Positions 37,401 through 50,413 of a stretch of DNA of 64,000 nucleotides are shown one piece after another; the stretch's first letter is position 1; every line of letters begins with the position of its first letter. Origin of the DNA: Pristiophorus japonicus (taxonomy: Eukaryota); NCBI RefSeq assembly GCF_044704955.1, contig NC_091988.1, positions 84,754,001 through 84,818,000 of the forward strand. The letters are read 5' to 3'. Below the pieces are notes generated by a model, which was not told the origin of the DNA, searched no databases, and saw only the letters and a list, made by a program, of their open reading frames with translations. A program made the translations under genes and the position numbers.

Positions 37401-37604
37401 TGAAGCTGTCGAGCCTCGTGAGGAGATTCCGAGTTCTTCTCCAGGTGAGTGTTGATTTTGAGAACCCAATTCCAGTCTAGTAACTCCTGACTCAATGGCT
37501 TCTCATTCTCTGCAGGTGAGGTGCTTCTGGTTGTGACGTTGGCAGCTGGGGCCCTGATCTCAGCCACTCTGGTGGCTGCCTTCCTCTTCAGGAAACTCAC
37601 CTGA
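34454..37604 (+). CDS. ZP3: ZP3 copy G4, intact, 455 aa
   Basis: Exons 34454-34837, 36035-36147 (113 nt, in-frame loss of one Gly), 36231-36334, 36440-36617, 36715-36835, 36906-36997, 37082-37233, 37310-37444, 37516-37604. Furin site RGRR. Confidence 0.94.
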
Positions 37605-38611
37605 ATCCTTTCTCCCATTTGGGCTTTTCCATCATTTGTCAAAAAATGTAGTAATAAATTTGAAATGTGACTTGCTTGAATTAGTCTTTGGTCTTGGTGT
37701 TTTGAACTTCAGTTGTTTCCAAGGCCCTTTTGCCTGTGTTTAAATTCCACATTTCCCTTGTAATGGTTATTAAAAAAAAAAAATTAATAAATTCCTAGTG
37801 CAGCTGCTTGTGCTATCATGATACTGGTCACGGCACCCATCCCACTCCCACTTTCTCTAATGAGCCTCCATTCCCTCCGACTGTTTCCAGCACATTAGTC
37901 GGTCCCGGTTCTCTGATTTAGTGAAATGGCCTTTTGCCCATCTGCAATATTTTACATCAGTTAAAGGCCACAGGGTTTTTTTTCTTCATCCCAAATTGGT
38001 CCCAGTAGTGTGCAGATCACTGTTGGAAGGTTGAAATCCCAGCTGGAACACAATATTGAGTGAAGAATTGGGTCTGCCTGTGAGACCCTCCTTGGTAGAG
38101 CAAGACTGCTAATACACTCAGGTGAAGAATGAATGAATTTAGGCAGCAAAGGGCAGCTAACACCTTGTAACTATTGGTGTGAGTCAACCATTCAGCAGAG
38201 AAAATGAGGGCCAGGGTTGAGTTACTGCAGATTATATAAATGTGTTTGCAAACTGTTTCCGTTTTGGTAATGATGCCATTCAACTGGGCTTTTTCCCAAA
38301 AACCAGTGACTCACTGACCCTAGCAGCTCCTTTACTCCCTGCACCTGCTGCCTATTTCCTTTCCCCTTCATTTGATTGACAAACCTGGCCGCACAAATAA
38401 TACATGGGAGAAAAATTCCAAGCTGAAGTGGAGCCTCCATTGGCTGATTTCAATAGTCGCAGGATACTTGAAGTAGGTTAGTGTTGCAGCTGGTGACTTC
38501 TGCAGGGAGAGGATTTGGGGAGTGAGGGGTGAAGTTCTTCCAGAAAAAGGAAGACCAACCAACATAACATGGTGTTGGAACAAGTGGCGGTGGTGAGGTA
38601 TGAATTCTCAT

Positions 38612-41600
38612 TACCGGTTCTGGGGGAGGTGGGACCAGTACAAACCAAATGGTCTGCACCTGGGCAGGACCGGAACAAATGTCCTAGGGGGAGTGTTTGC
38701 TAGTGCTGTTGGGGAGGAGTTAAACTAATATGGCAGGGGGATGGGAACCAATGCAGGGAGACAGGGAAACAAAAAGGAGACTAAAGCAAAAGACAGAAAG
38801 GAGATGAAGAAAAGTAGAGGGCAGAGAAACCCAAGGCAAAGAACAAAAAGGGCCACTGTACAGCAAAATTCTAAAAGGACAAAGGGTGTTTAAAAAAACA
38901 AGCCTGAAGGCTTTGTGTCTTAATGCAAGGAGTATCTGTAATAAGGCGGATGAATTAAGTATGCAAATAGATGTTAACAAATATGATGTGATTGGGATTA
39001 CAGAGACGTGGCTCCAGGATGATCAGGGCTTGGAACTCCACTTCCAGGGGTATTCAACATTCAGGAAGGATAGATTAAAAGGAAAAGGAGGTGGGGTAGC
39101 ATTGCTGGTTAAGGAGGAGATTAATGCAATAGTTGGGAAGGACATTAGCTTGGATGATGTGGAATCTATATGGGTAGAGCTGCAGAACACCAAAGGGCAA
39201 AAAACGTTAGTGGGAGTTGTGTACAGACCTCCAAACAGTAGTAGTGATGTTGGGGAGGGCATCAAACAGGAAATTAGGGGTGCATGCAATAAAGGTGCAG
39301 CAGTTATAATGGGTGACTTTAATATGCACATAGATTGGGCTAACCAAACTGGAAGCAATACGGTGGAGGATTTCCTGGAGTGCATAAGGGATGGTTTTCT
39401 AGACCAATATGTCGAGGAACCAACTAGGGGGGAGGCCATCTTAGACTGGGTGTTTAATGAGAGGATTAATTAGCAATCTTGTTGTGCGAGGCCCCTTGGG
39501 GAAGAGTGACCATAATATGGTTGAATTCTGCATTCGGATGGAGAATGTAAGTGTTAATTCAGAGACCATAGTCCAGAACTTGAAAGGTAACTTTGAAGGT
39601 ATGAATTGGCTAGGATAAATTGGCGAATGATACTGAAGGGGTTGACTTGGATGGGCAATGGCAGACATTTAGAGACTGCATGGATGAATTACAACAATTG
39701 TACATTCCTGTCTGGTGTAAAAATAAAAAAGGGAAGGTGGCTATCAAGGGGAAATCAGGGATAGTACTAAAGCCAAGGAAGTGGCATACAAATTGGCCAG
39801 AAATAGCAGCAAACCCAGGGACTGGCTGAAATTTAGAACTTGGCAGAGGCAGACAAAGGGTTTGATTAGGGCAGGGAAAATGGAGTACGAGAAGAAGCTT
39901 GCAGGGAACATTAAGACGGATTGCAAAAATTTCTATAGATATGTAAAGAGAAAAAGGTTAGTGAAGACAAACGTAGGTCCCCTGCAGTCAGAATCTGGGG
40001 AAGTCATAATGGGGAACAGAAATGGCAGACCAATTGAACAAGTACTTTGGCTCGTTATTCACTCAGGAGGACACAAACAACCTTCCAGATATAAAAGGGG
40101 TCAGAGGGTCTAGTAAGGAGGAGGAACTGAGGGAAATCCTTATTAGTCGGGAAATTGTGTTGGGGAAATTGATGGGATTGAAGGCCGATAAATCCCCAGG
40201 GCCTGATGGACTGCATCGCAGAGTACTTAAGAAGGTGGCCTTGGAAATAGCGGATGCATTGACAGTCGTTTTCTGACATTCCATTGATTCTAGATCAATT
40301 CCTATCGAGTGGAGGGTAGCCAATGTAACCCCACTTTTTAAAAAAGAGGGAGAGAAAGCAGGGAATTATAGACTGGTCAGCCTGACATCGGTAGTGGGTA
40401 AAATGATGGAATCAAGTATTAAGGATGTCACAGCAGCGCATTTGGGAAGAGGTGACATGATGGGTCCAAGTCAGCATGGATTTGTGAAAGGGAAATCATG
40501 CTTGACAAATCTTCTGGAATTTTTTGAGCATGTTTCCAGTAGAGTGGACAAAGGAAAACCAGTTGTGGTATATTTGGACTTTCAGAAGGCTTTCGACACG
40601 GTCCGACAAGAGATTAATGTGCAAAATTAAAGCACATGGGATAGTTGGGGGTTGTGTGCTGACATGGATTGAGAACTGGTTGTCAGACAAGAAGCAAAGA
40701 GGAGTAAATGGGTACTTTTCAGAATGGCAGGCAGTGATTAGTACCGCAAGGTTCTGTGCTGGGGCCCCAGCTGTTTACACTGTACATTAATGATTTAGAT
40801 GAGGGGATTAAATGTAGTATCTCCAAATTTGCAGATGACATTAAGTTGGGTGGCAGTGTGAGCTGCGAGGAGGATGCTATGAGGCTGCAGAGCGACTTGG
40901 ATAGGTTAGGTGAGTGGGCAAATGCATGGCAGATGAAGTATAATGTGGATAAATGTGAGGTTATCCACTTTGGTGGTAAAAACAGAGACAGACTATTATC
41001 TGAATGGTGACAGATTAGGAAAAGGGGAGGTGCAATGAGACCTGGATGTCATGGTACATCAGTCATTGAAGGTTGGCATGCAGATACAGCAGGTGGTTAA
41101 GAAAGCAAATGGCATGTTGGCCTTCATAGCGAGGGGATTTGAGTACAGGGGCAGGGAGGTGTTGCTACAGTTGTACAGAGCCTTGGTGAGTCCACACCTG
41201 GAGTATTGTGTACAATTTTGGTCTCCTGAATGGCTTGTATTCATTGGAGTTCAGAAGAAGGAGAGGGGACCTCATCGAAACGTTTAAAATTCTGATGGGT
41301 TTAGAGAGGTTAGATGCAGGAAGAATGTTCCCAATGTTGGGGGTCCTGAGCCAGGGGTCACAGTCTAAGGATAAGGGGTAAGCCATGTCTGACCGAGATG
41401 AGGAGAAACTTCTTCACCCAGAGAGTGGTGAACCTGTGGAGTTCTCTACCACAAAGTTGTTGAGGCTAATTCACTAAATATATTCAAAAAGGAGTTAGAT
41501 CAAGTCCTTACTACTAGGGGATCAAGGGGTATGGTGAGAAAGCAGGAATGGGGTACTGAAGTTGCATGTTCAGCCATGAGCTCATTGAATGGCCGCCTCC

Positions 41601-41628
41601 TGCACCTATTTGCTATGTTTCTCTTTCT
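38612..41628 (+). mobile_element. 5'-truncated CR1 LINE (ORF1 esterase C-terminus, APE endonuclease, RT, 3' tail), inactivated
   Basis: ORF1 end RFWGRWDQYKPNGLHLGRTGTNVLG...* (TAA 38726-38728; SGNH DxxH-like motif). Endonuclease LNARSICNK, GITETWL, VVYRPP, MGDFN. RT QHGFVKGKSCLTNLLEFF, YLDFQKAFD, LGPQLFTLYIND, FADD. Tail TGCTATGTTTCTCTTTCTAT. Several frameshifts. Empty site TCAT|AAGCTGCGG in spacers 1, 3 and 5. Confidence 0.95.
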
Positions 41629-44600
41629 ATAAGCTGCGGGGAGTGGAGGGCGGAGAGATTAAGGTGGCAGACCAGTGCTGCCAGCTTTCTCCCTTCAGTG
41701 AGCAGGTCCCTGGGCTTAGTGGCCGCTGCCGCCATCACAAACATTGGAGCGGGGCTGGGGGACAGTGTTGTGTTCGGATCACAGCCACCTTTTTGCTCGG
41801 CTGGATTTCCCACCTAATATGGTGGTTTTTTTTAAAGCTGACTTATTAAAGTTTTTTAAAATCGGAGAATGCTGAACCTACTACCACTGAGTGGTTGAAA
41901 CAAATAGCATAGATGTAGATAAAGGGAGGTTGGACCAGCATGTCGGAGAAGGGATATGCTGCTAGATTTCAATGAAAGACTGGAGGAGGCTCGAGTGGAG
42001 CATGGACTGATTGGACAGAATGAACTGTTTCTGTGCTGTATATCCTGTGTAAAATCCCAGGCTGCTTGGCAAGCCCTTTGCAATATTTTTGCAGACCATT
42101 GGTTGAGAACCTCTGATCTGAAAGACATGAGACCAGATTTGGAGGCCTAGATTTTACTGATTCTCACCACCTGCCACTTTGGGGTCAGTTGAAACTCAGC
42201 AGTACCTGAGTTTAAAAGGATGGAACCTGCACGCATACAGCACAGTCGGAGGCCACTTGACCCTTTCTGCCTATATTCAACATAGAAGCATGGAAAATAG
42301 GAGCAGTAGTAGGCTGTTTGATCCTGTACCACCATTCAATATGATGTCTGATCCTCTCTACACCATATTCCTGCTTTCTCTCCATACTCTTGTCTTGCTA
42401 TATCTCAAATATATTCCATGACTTAGTCTCCACAGCCTTCTGTGGTAGAGAATTCCACAGGTTCACCACCCTCTGAAGAAATTTCTCATGTCCTAAATTT
42501 CCTACCCCTTATCCTGAGATTGTGACCCCCTTGTTCTAGACTTTCCAGCCATGGGCAATATCCAGTCTGTCCAACCCATCATAATTTTATACATTTCAAT
42601 GAGATCTCCTCATTCTGCTAAACTCAATAAATGCAGGCCTCGTTGACTGATTTCTCTCCTCATACAACAGTCCTGCCATCCCAAGGAATCCGTCTGATGA
42701 CCCTTTGCTGCACTGTCTCTATGGAAAGTATAACCTTTTAGTACGTTAAATCTATCATCTGGTGATTGACCTTTCTGCTAGAAAGTGTTCTCCTCCCCAT
42801 TCCTTATGAAAACCTTCATTTTTTTTGAAAGTCTCTATATTAAATCTTCCCTTCACAACTTTTCAAATAAATCTCCACTCCTCTGGATTAAATATTGTGC
42901 CTTTTTAAATGGATGTAAGTAATAAGGAGCTGCTGCCATCTTTCTACAGAAAGTAGATGGGGTTACAGACACCCAGCATTCAGTCAGCCAGGAAGTTGTG
43001 TGAGCAGGTTCTAGTCTCCCTCCAGTGCCAAGGGAATAGACCAAAGCAGCATCTCCTTAATTGGCCACTGCAGATAGGTATGTTTTAGACTCCACATACT
43101 GTAACTTCACTAAATGTGTTCCACATTAATATTCCTTAATGGTTAGTTGTAATTGTCTTTTTTTTAAATAAGTTTCGACAGGTACATTAAAAAGGACAAG
43201 AATAGTTGAAGTAAATGTTGGTCCCCTAGAGAATGAGACTGGGGAACAGGGAAATGGCAGACATTGAACAAATATTTTGTATTCTTCATGTTCGACCAAA
43301 AAAAAAAATTCCAATAGTGGATAATCAAGGGACTATAGGATGGCAGAACAAGCTCTAAAGAAGTGGTACTCAGTAAAATGATGGGATTAAATGTGGACAA
43401 GTCCCCTGCCCCTGATGGCTAACATCTGAGGGTTTTAAAAGAAGTGGCTCCAGAGATGGTGGATGGATTGTTGTGATCTACCAAAATTCCCTGGATTCTA
43501 GGGCAGTCCCAGCAGATTGGAAAACCGCAAATATAACTGCCCCTCATTATTTTTTTTTTTTAAAATGAGGCAGTAAACTATAGACCAGTTAGCCTAATAT
43601 GTCATTGGGGAAAATGCTGGAGTCTATTAAGGAAGCAGTAACGAGACATTTGGAAAAGCATAACTTTATGAAGGGGAAATCATGTTTGACAAATTTGCTG
43701 GTGTTTTGGTGAGGATGTAACAAGGTGGGTGAATAAGGTGGATGCGATGTATTTGCCTTCTGGAAATCTAAATAAGGTGCCATATTCATCACAAGCAGTC
43801 CCTCAAAACTAGGATGACTTCTTCCATGCCAAAAAAGGATGAGTTCACAGGTGTTTCAATGAAGGATCCTGAACAGTGGAAGATACCAGTACATGGATTT
43901 TATTAAACGTTGGTGTCCGTTACACACCAGCCACCACACGGGCTTGACAGCTAGGTCTTGGTCCAGTGGCAAGGGTTATCCAAGACGACTGGAGACCTGC
44001 TCTGCTGCACTGGTCTAGTGCGCGCACACATCGCAGTGTGGGCTGGCCGGTGCTGCCCCTGGCCCCGACCTCTCCTCTCCTGGGCCCCGATCACATCCCT
44101 CCAGTCTCTTGCCACTCCTGCTGTATTTGCCCATGTTCCAATCACCGACCTGGACATTTATGTCACTGGTCACCATCCAGCACCTGATGGTCTCCCTGCA
44201 GTAAGCTGGCTGCTGCGCATGCTCCCTGCCCCGCAGCGGGACAATGGAAAGCGGTGTGACATCGAGGAAGCCCCGCCCCATCACTCCCTGCTCCCTGAGG
44301 CGGGTGGACTTGTGCAGACCAAAGATGGCGCCCGAACTCACTGCAACCCCCGACAGTAACAAAGGCCCGTCCATGCCCGAAGGTGCCCCGCAGCCACTGC
44401 CGCCGACTCTGGCCAAATCCCCCCCACCCCCCCCACCTTCCTGCACATGTACTTGAGTGCAAGTCTGCAGGGAGGTTGTGCGTTGCCCAGGCCACACCTC
44501 CATCCTCTGTGGTGGCTACAAAACTTGCCCATCCACCAGTAATCTCCCACGTAGAAGGTTACTGCACAAGATAAAAGTTCATGGGGTTGGGGGTAATATA

Positions 44601-47600
44601 TTAGCTTGGATAGAGGATTGGCTAACACAAGAGTTGGGATAAATGGGTAATTTTCCAGTTGGCAAACAGTAACTAGTGGAGTGCTGCAGGGATTGGTGCT
44701 GGGTCCTCCACTATTTACAATCTATTAATGATTTGGATGAAGGGACTGAGTGCAATGTAGCCAAGTTTGCTGCTGATACAAAGATGGGTGGGAAAGTAAA
44801 TTGAGAGGAGGATTCAAAATCTAGAAAGGGATATAAACAGGCTAAGTGGGCAAAAATTTAGCAGCTGGAGTATAATATGGGAAAATGTGAGGTTATCTAT
44901 TTTGGCAGCAATAATTGAGAAGCAAATTATAATTTAAATGAAGAAAAAGTGCTGCAGTACAGAGGGACTAGGTCGGAGGGGTGGTCTTTGTGCAAGAAAC
45001 AGTTAGAATGCAGGTACAGCAAGTAATCAGGAAGGTAAATGGAATGTTGGCCTTTATTGCAAGGGGGATAGAGTATAAAAGCAGGGAAGTCCTCTTACAA
45101 CTATACAGGGTATTGAGGCCATACCTGGAATACTGCATACAGTTTTGGTCTCTGTATTTAAGGAAGGATATACTTGCATTGGAGGCTGTTCAGAGAAAGT
45201 TCACTTGGTTGCTTCTGGAGCTAAGGAGGTTGACTTATGAAGGTAGGGTGGGCCTATATCATTGGTGTTCAGAAGAATGAGAGATGATATTGAATCATAA
45301 GATAATGAGGGAGCTTGACAAGGTGGATGCAGAGAGGATATTTCCACTCATGGGGGACATAGTTTTAAATGGGCGGCCCCTTATTCTGAGACTGAGTACT
45401 CAACTAGTGTTGGCCTGGATTTTGTGCTGCAGTCTCTGGAGTGGGATTTGAATACCTGATCATCTGACCTCGGGTAGGGGGTCTACCCACTAAAGCAAAT
45501 TCCATGTCTGATCTCCTCGGTACTAAACATTTTTAAAGACACTGACTCTTGTGGTACTCAGGCCAACAGAGCAGAAAATCCCAGATTTGATGCTTGGTCT
45601 GCTCAGTGTTTGCCAATCTCAGCAAGTGGAACAGAGTTGGCCTCTGACCCGTGGCTAGTGAGGAGGCAAGTTAGCTGAAGATTCTTGCTCCTGATCACCA
45701 TCTGGACACCCTGTCTGGAAAGTGCAGTTGTGAGGAGTGGATTCAAATTTATGATGCTGTTTTCCAATTTCCCCCACCACCCCCCAACCCTACACTCCAT
45801 CTCCCAGCTCCACCCAGGGGCTGGAATCAGTGTAAAACTCCCCGCGGGCTGTATTTGTAAACTTTTTATATATGTAAAGCATCATGATCTGAAAACATCT
45901 ATGTAGCGCCATGTATAATGCAAGTTCTGATTAATAATGTATGTTGCAAAGAAATCTAACTAACCTCACCCATTCCATGTACTGTATAGTGCCATATGTA
46001 ATGTAATTTAATGACTGTATTACAATGTATCCTGAATTGTACCTCTGAAATGTAAAGCAAGCAACTGTGTTGAACGGAACTGCCGTCAGTATCTAAATGT
46101 ATTGTATGGAATTGCTGACCACATCCAAATGTACTGAACTGCTTTCCAATGTATTTTGTAAATTTTATATTCATGAAGTATATTTTGAAATTTAAAAAAA
46201 ACTCCACTTCTAGTCCCACTACACTCAAATAGAGTGAAAATACTCATTGGCTGGGCTCACAAGACCAGCAGCCAATCAAGGTGAGGAATCTCTACGAATC
46301 AAAGCCTTCAGGCAAGGAGAACATTGGAGTGGGGAACAAAAAGACCCAAACTGAACTTTCTCCTTTTGGCTTCTGGGATTCAAGGTATGAATTTGACCAA
46401 GCCTGATGAAATGGAAGACATAAAACTCTTTCTCTCCCATTCTTTTTTACTCCCTGCTGCCTTTAATGGCCTTGGCTGAAATAAGTTTGAGGATAATCTC
46501 CACTCTTCCCACCCCAGACCCCACAGCACAAAACTAACTCTCAATCAGGTGCTAAAAATGGTCGGTCTCTCTCCCAGCTCTCAAGGAGTGTCTAGTGTGA
46601 GATGAGGTAATGCTACACTGGTGTAGGGGTTCTTGACCATGTCTGCTCGGTGTTAATGTTCATTGTTGGGGTCAGAATTCCTCTCCCAAATCTCCACCCA
46701 ATAATGTGAAATGTCTGGGAATCTGGTATGAAAATGACATTGTGGGGAAAACAGGCCAGCCCTGGATATAGGGTTGCCAACGCTCCAGGATTACCCTGGA
46801 GTCTCCACAAAATAAAGATTAAATCTCCAGGACACTGTCGGTGAGCAGAAAAATCACAGGAGCATTAAAATAAATTGTCTTTTTCATTTTCTCTGAGCAC
46901 GTCTGTTTATTGATGATAAAAATATTGGAGAAAGGATAAAATGGTTGTCTGACTGGGAGTCAAGAATCACCTGAGTGGGTAAGGAAGCGAGTCCGCTCTC
47001 CAATCAGGGTGGGAAGGTGGGGTGCCCTCAGGCTGAACGTGTTGGTGGAAGGGTTGGAGGTCATGTGATGAAACCTCCAGGAATATGTCCAAAGAGGAGT
47101 TGGCCACTCCGCCTGGGTATCGGAACACTCTGCCTGGGTTACCGCCTCCGCATCTTATCCATTCATAGAGTAGTTTTACATATTACACGAAGCAATCTCT
47201 CCTGGTGTTGTCCATGGGAAGGACAGGATCTCTTTCTTGATCGCTATAGGGGCCCTGTGGAAGATTATACACAATAAAGGCCCAACAGGTCACCCATGGC
47301 TCAATGGGTAACATGTTCCCTTCTGAGTCAGAAGGTCATGGGTTCATGTCCCACTCTAGGGAGTTGAGCAGGTAATCCAGGCCAACACTTCCAGTGCAGT
47401 ACTGAGAGAATGCTGCACTGTCGGAGGTGCCGTCTTACGGATAAGACGTTAAACTGAGACTCTGCCTGTAATTCTGACATTACAACAGTGACCACACTTG
47501 AAAAATACTGAATTGACTGTAAAGTGCTTTTGGATAATCCGTGGTTGTGAAATGTGCTATATAGACACATGGGGCGAGATCTTCGGCTTTCCGTTTTCAG

Positions 47601-50269
47601 GGCGAAAACAGAGGCGAGGCAGGAAATTTACTGCCCAATTAACGTTAGCGATTAATTGCTTAACTTTCAACATGAGGTGGAGCGCAAAGGGAGGCGTTGA
47701 ACTACTTTTGCAGCGCAAAAACAGAAACCTCGCCAACTTTAGTGCGGGGCCAGGAGCGCTCAGAGAGAGGCCTTGGGAGGGAAAAAAACATCAAAAAATC
47801 ATTAAAGAAACATTGACAACACCCTTACCGGTGTTTCTAAGCATCGCCACCGCAAAAAACGAATCGAGGATCGCGACAGGGTGAAAAACAGCTGACCGAC
47901 AGATTTTTCGCCGCGGAGGGTCAAAACCCGGCAAAAACCCGGTCGCAAATGACCCCAAAATCCAGCCCAAGTTCGTTCTTTCTTTTCACTGGGTGTACAA
48001 ATGGATTGTCCATTTTACCGTAGTAAAACCACACTAAAACATGACGCATCGGGACACTTCCTCCAATGGGGCCGCGCCACACTACCTGAGCACAGCTTCT
48101 GCCGAAACCAAACCACAAGTTCCTGAGGCGGCGGTTAATCCCCCCAATAAACCACAGCCAGCTTCCTCCACATCTTCCTGCCAAGGTCATGAACAACACA
48201 GCACAGCACTCCATAAACCAATTAATCAGCAAGGCCAGGAATTATAGCAGGGCATTGACTGACTTTCTCACCCATCCATTACCGAGAGACACTAAGGCAA
48301 ATTGATCAGCACCATCGCCAAGATTAGTAAGATCTGGACAAGTTCAGAAGTTAAATGTGGTGTCTGCTTGCCTGTCTGGTTCATTTCCATCCTGTCCATC
48401 CTGAGTGAGCCATTGGGTCATAGATCAGGAGCTGGGATTCCAGGGCTGAGACTAAGGAGTGGGCAAGGGATGGTTGGAGAGGGGGAGGAGGGCACGGGGA
48501 GATCCCAGAGTAACAGAAGGGGGTTGGGGGCAGGGGCCAGCTGGTTTGGCAGGGTTCGGACAGGGAGTGGGGAGCAGTGCGAGTGGTGAGGTGCTGGGGC
48601 ATATCGTGGGCAATTGAATGGGAAAGGTGCGGGAATGAGGATGGGGGGGGTGGGCTGGGTGGGGCTAGGATGTAGGTAACAGATGTTGGGGTGAAGGAAC
48701 TGTGGATGGGATGGGGTCAGTAGCCGGCAGCATCAGTGGGGGGAGGGGGAAGGGGATAGTTAGCAGGGTGCTGGAATTGGGGATGGGGGTGAGTTCAGGA
48801 GCCAGGAGTGGGTGCGGAGGGAAGCTCAATTGGCAAAAGAATTTTCAATGATAATCGAGAGAGAAGGAGACTTCAGTAATAACTTGACCTCTGACCCAGG
48901 GCCTGGCGAAGGCCCAGACTGAGTGCAGCCCACGGGTTGCGAGGGGTCACTCAGCCTTCCTGTCTCTCCTCCACAGTCTTGTCCATGCTCAGGTGGCCCT
49001 GGAGAGGGAGCATGCGGTGCCCATAGGTACACTCGAGTCCTCCTGCAACCGATGGGTACCGCAGGGAAAGGAAAGTCTTATCGACACGAGTAATAATATT
49101 GTGATTTACATTATGAGTTTATTTTAGTTTAATAGGTGATGATGTTTAATTATATTAGTGGTACTGCCTCAGTTTGAGGGGCACTTATGCAGTTGCCTCT
49201 CTGTTGGTGGAACTGGGCAATCCAGTGTTACTTCTATTGATTTATTAAAATAAACCAAGACTTGACCAATTCTCTACATGCAATCAGCTATTGGACCTCA
49301 ACAGGTCACTACAGACTGCATCAGGCTGTAGGCGCGTTATCCTGTTTAGATCTGAATCCAATCTCACTCTAAACAAGTCTCCAATCGTTTTCGGGTCTTG
49401 CACCAAAAGGATTATAAAAGAGCCCATATACAGCTTTAAAACCAACAACAACGTGCACTTATGTAGCACCTTGAACATCGTAAGATGACCCAAGGTGCTT
49501 CACAGGAAAGTTATCAAACACAATTTGACACTGAGTCACAAGTGGAGATATTAGAACAGGTGATCAAAAACATGTCAAATAGATAGGTCTTAAAGAGCGT
49601 CTTACAGGAGGACAAAAGCAAAATACTCCAGGTGCTGGAAATTTGAAATAAAAATAGAAAATTTTGGAAATACTCAGCAGGTCAGGCAGCATCTTGGAGA
49701 TAGAAACACAGTTAACGTTTCAGATCGATGAACTTTCGTCAGAATTTAATGTCGATGACCTTTCATCAGCGTCTGAAAGGAGGAGAGAGGCAGAGAGGAG
49801 GAGAGGCTCAGGGAGGATATCCCAGAGCTGAGGGCAAAGGCAGCTGAAGGCACAGCCAGCAATGGTGGAGCAATCGAAATCAGGGAGACGCAAGAGTCCA
49901 CAATTGGAGCAGCGCAGAGATCTCGGAGCGTTGCAGGGTTGGAGGAGCCGAGGCAGGGGCGGAGTCGGGCAGTGGTATGGAGATGGAAATAGACTTCTTT
50001 CAGTTCAACATTATCAAAGCTCTTAATAAAATATAGCTCTGTATTTATCTGAAGTTGTAAAGTTTGATTAAATTTACATAGTTTGAATAGAATGTATGTT
50101 CTTTAGGTGTCTGTATATGTTTCTTTCATTATATTCTGTTTCAGTAAATCTTCAGTACATCAAAAAACAAAAGCTGAACTTGTCTTGTTCCCATAGACCC
50201 AGATAGTCTCCAGCCTGGAGCATCTCCCGATCACTGACCCAGTCTGTGTGAAAAACTTTCTGGAAACAA

Positions 50270-50361
50270 CCAATTAGTAAGATTGTTGGATAGGCTATTG
50301 GTTTAGTTTAGCCACACCTGCTCCAATTGTTTTCAGGTGATGGCAGGCTGTGTGTATAAAA
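50270..50361 (+). promoter_or_regulatory. ZP3 G5 proximal promoter
   Basis: Same motif set; TATAAAA 50355-50361. Confidence 0.7.
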
Positions 50362-50413
50362 GGGGATCAGGGGACTCCCCACAGAGCACAGTTGAGCTGC
50401 AGTAGTTTGTATT

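Noticed and set aside
38886-41287. Active or domesticated reverse transcriptase gene
   Set aside because: ORF2 is split by several frameshifts and stops and ORF1 is truncated; this is an ordinary dead CR1.
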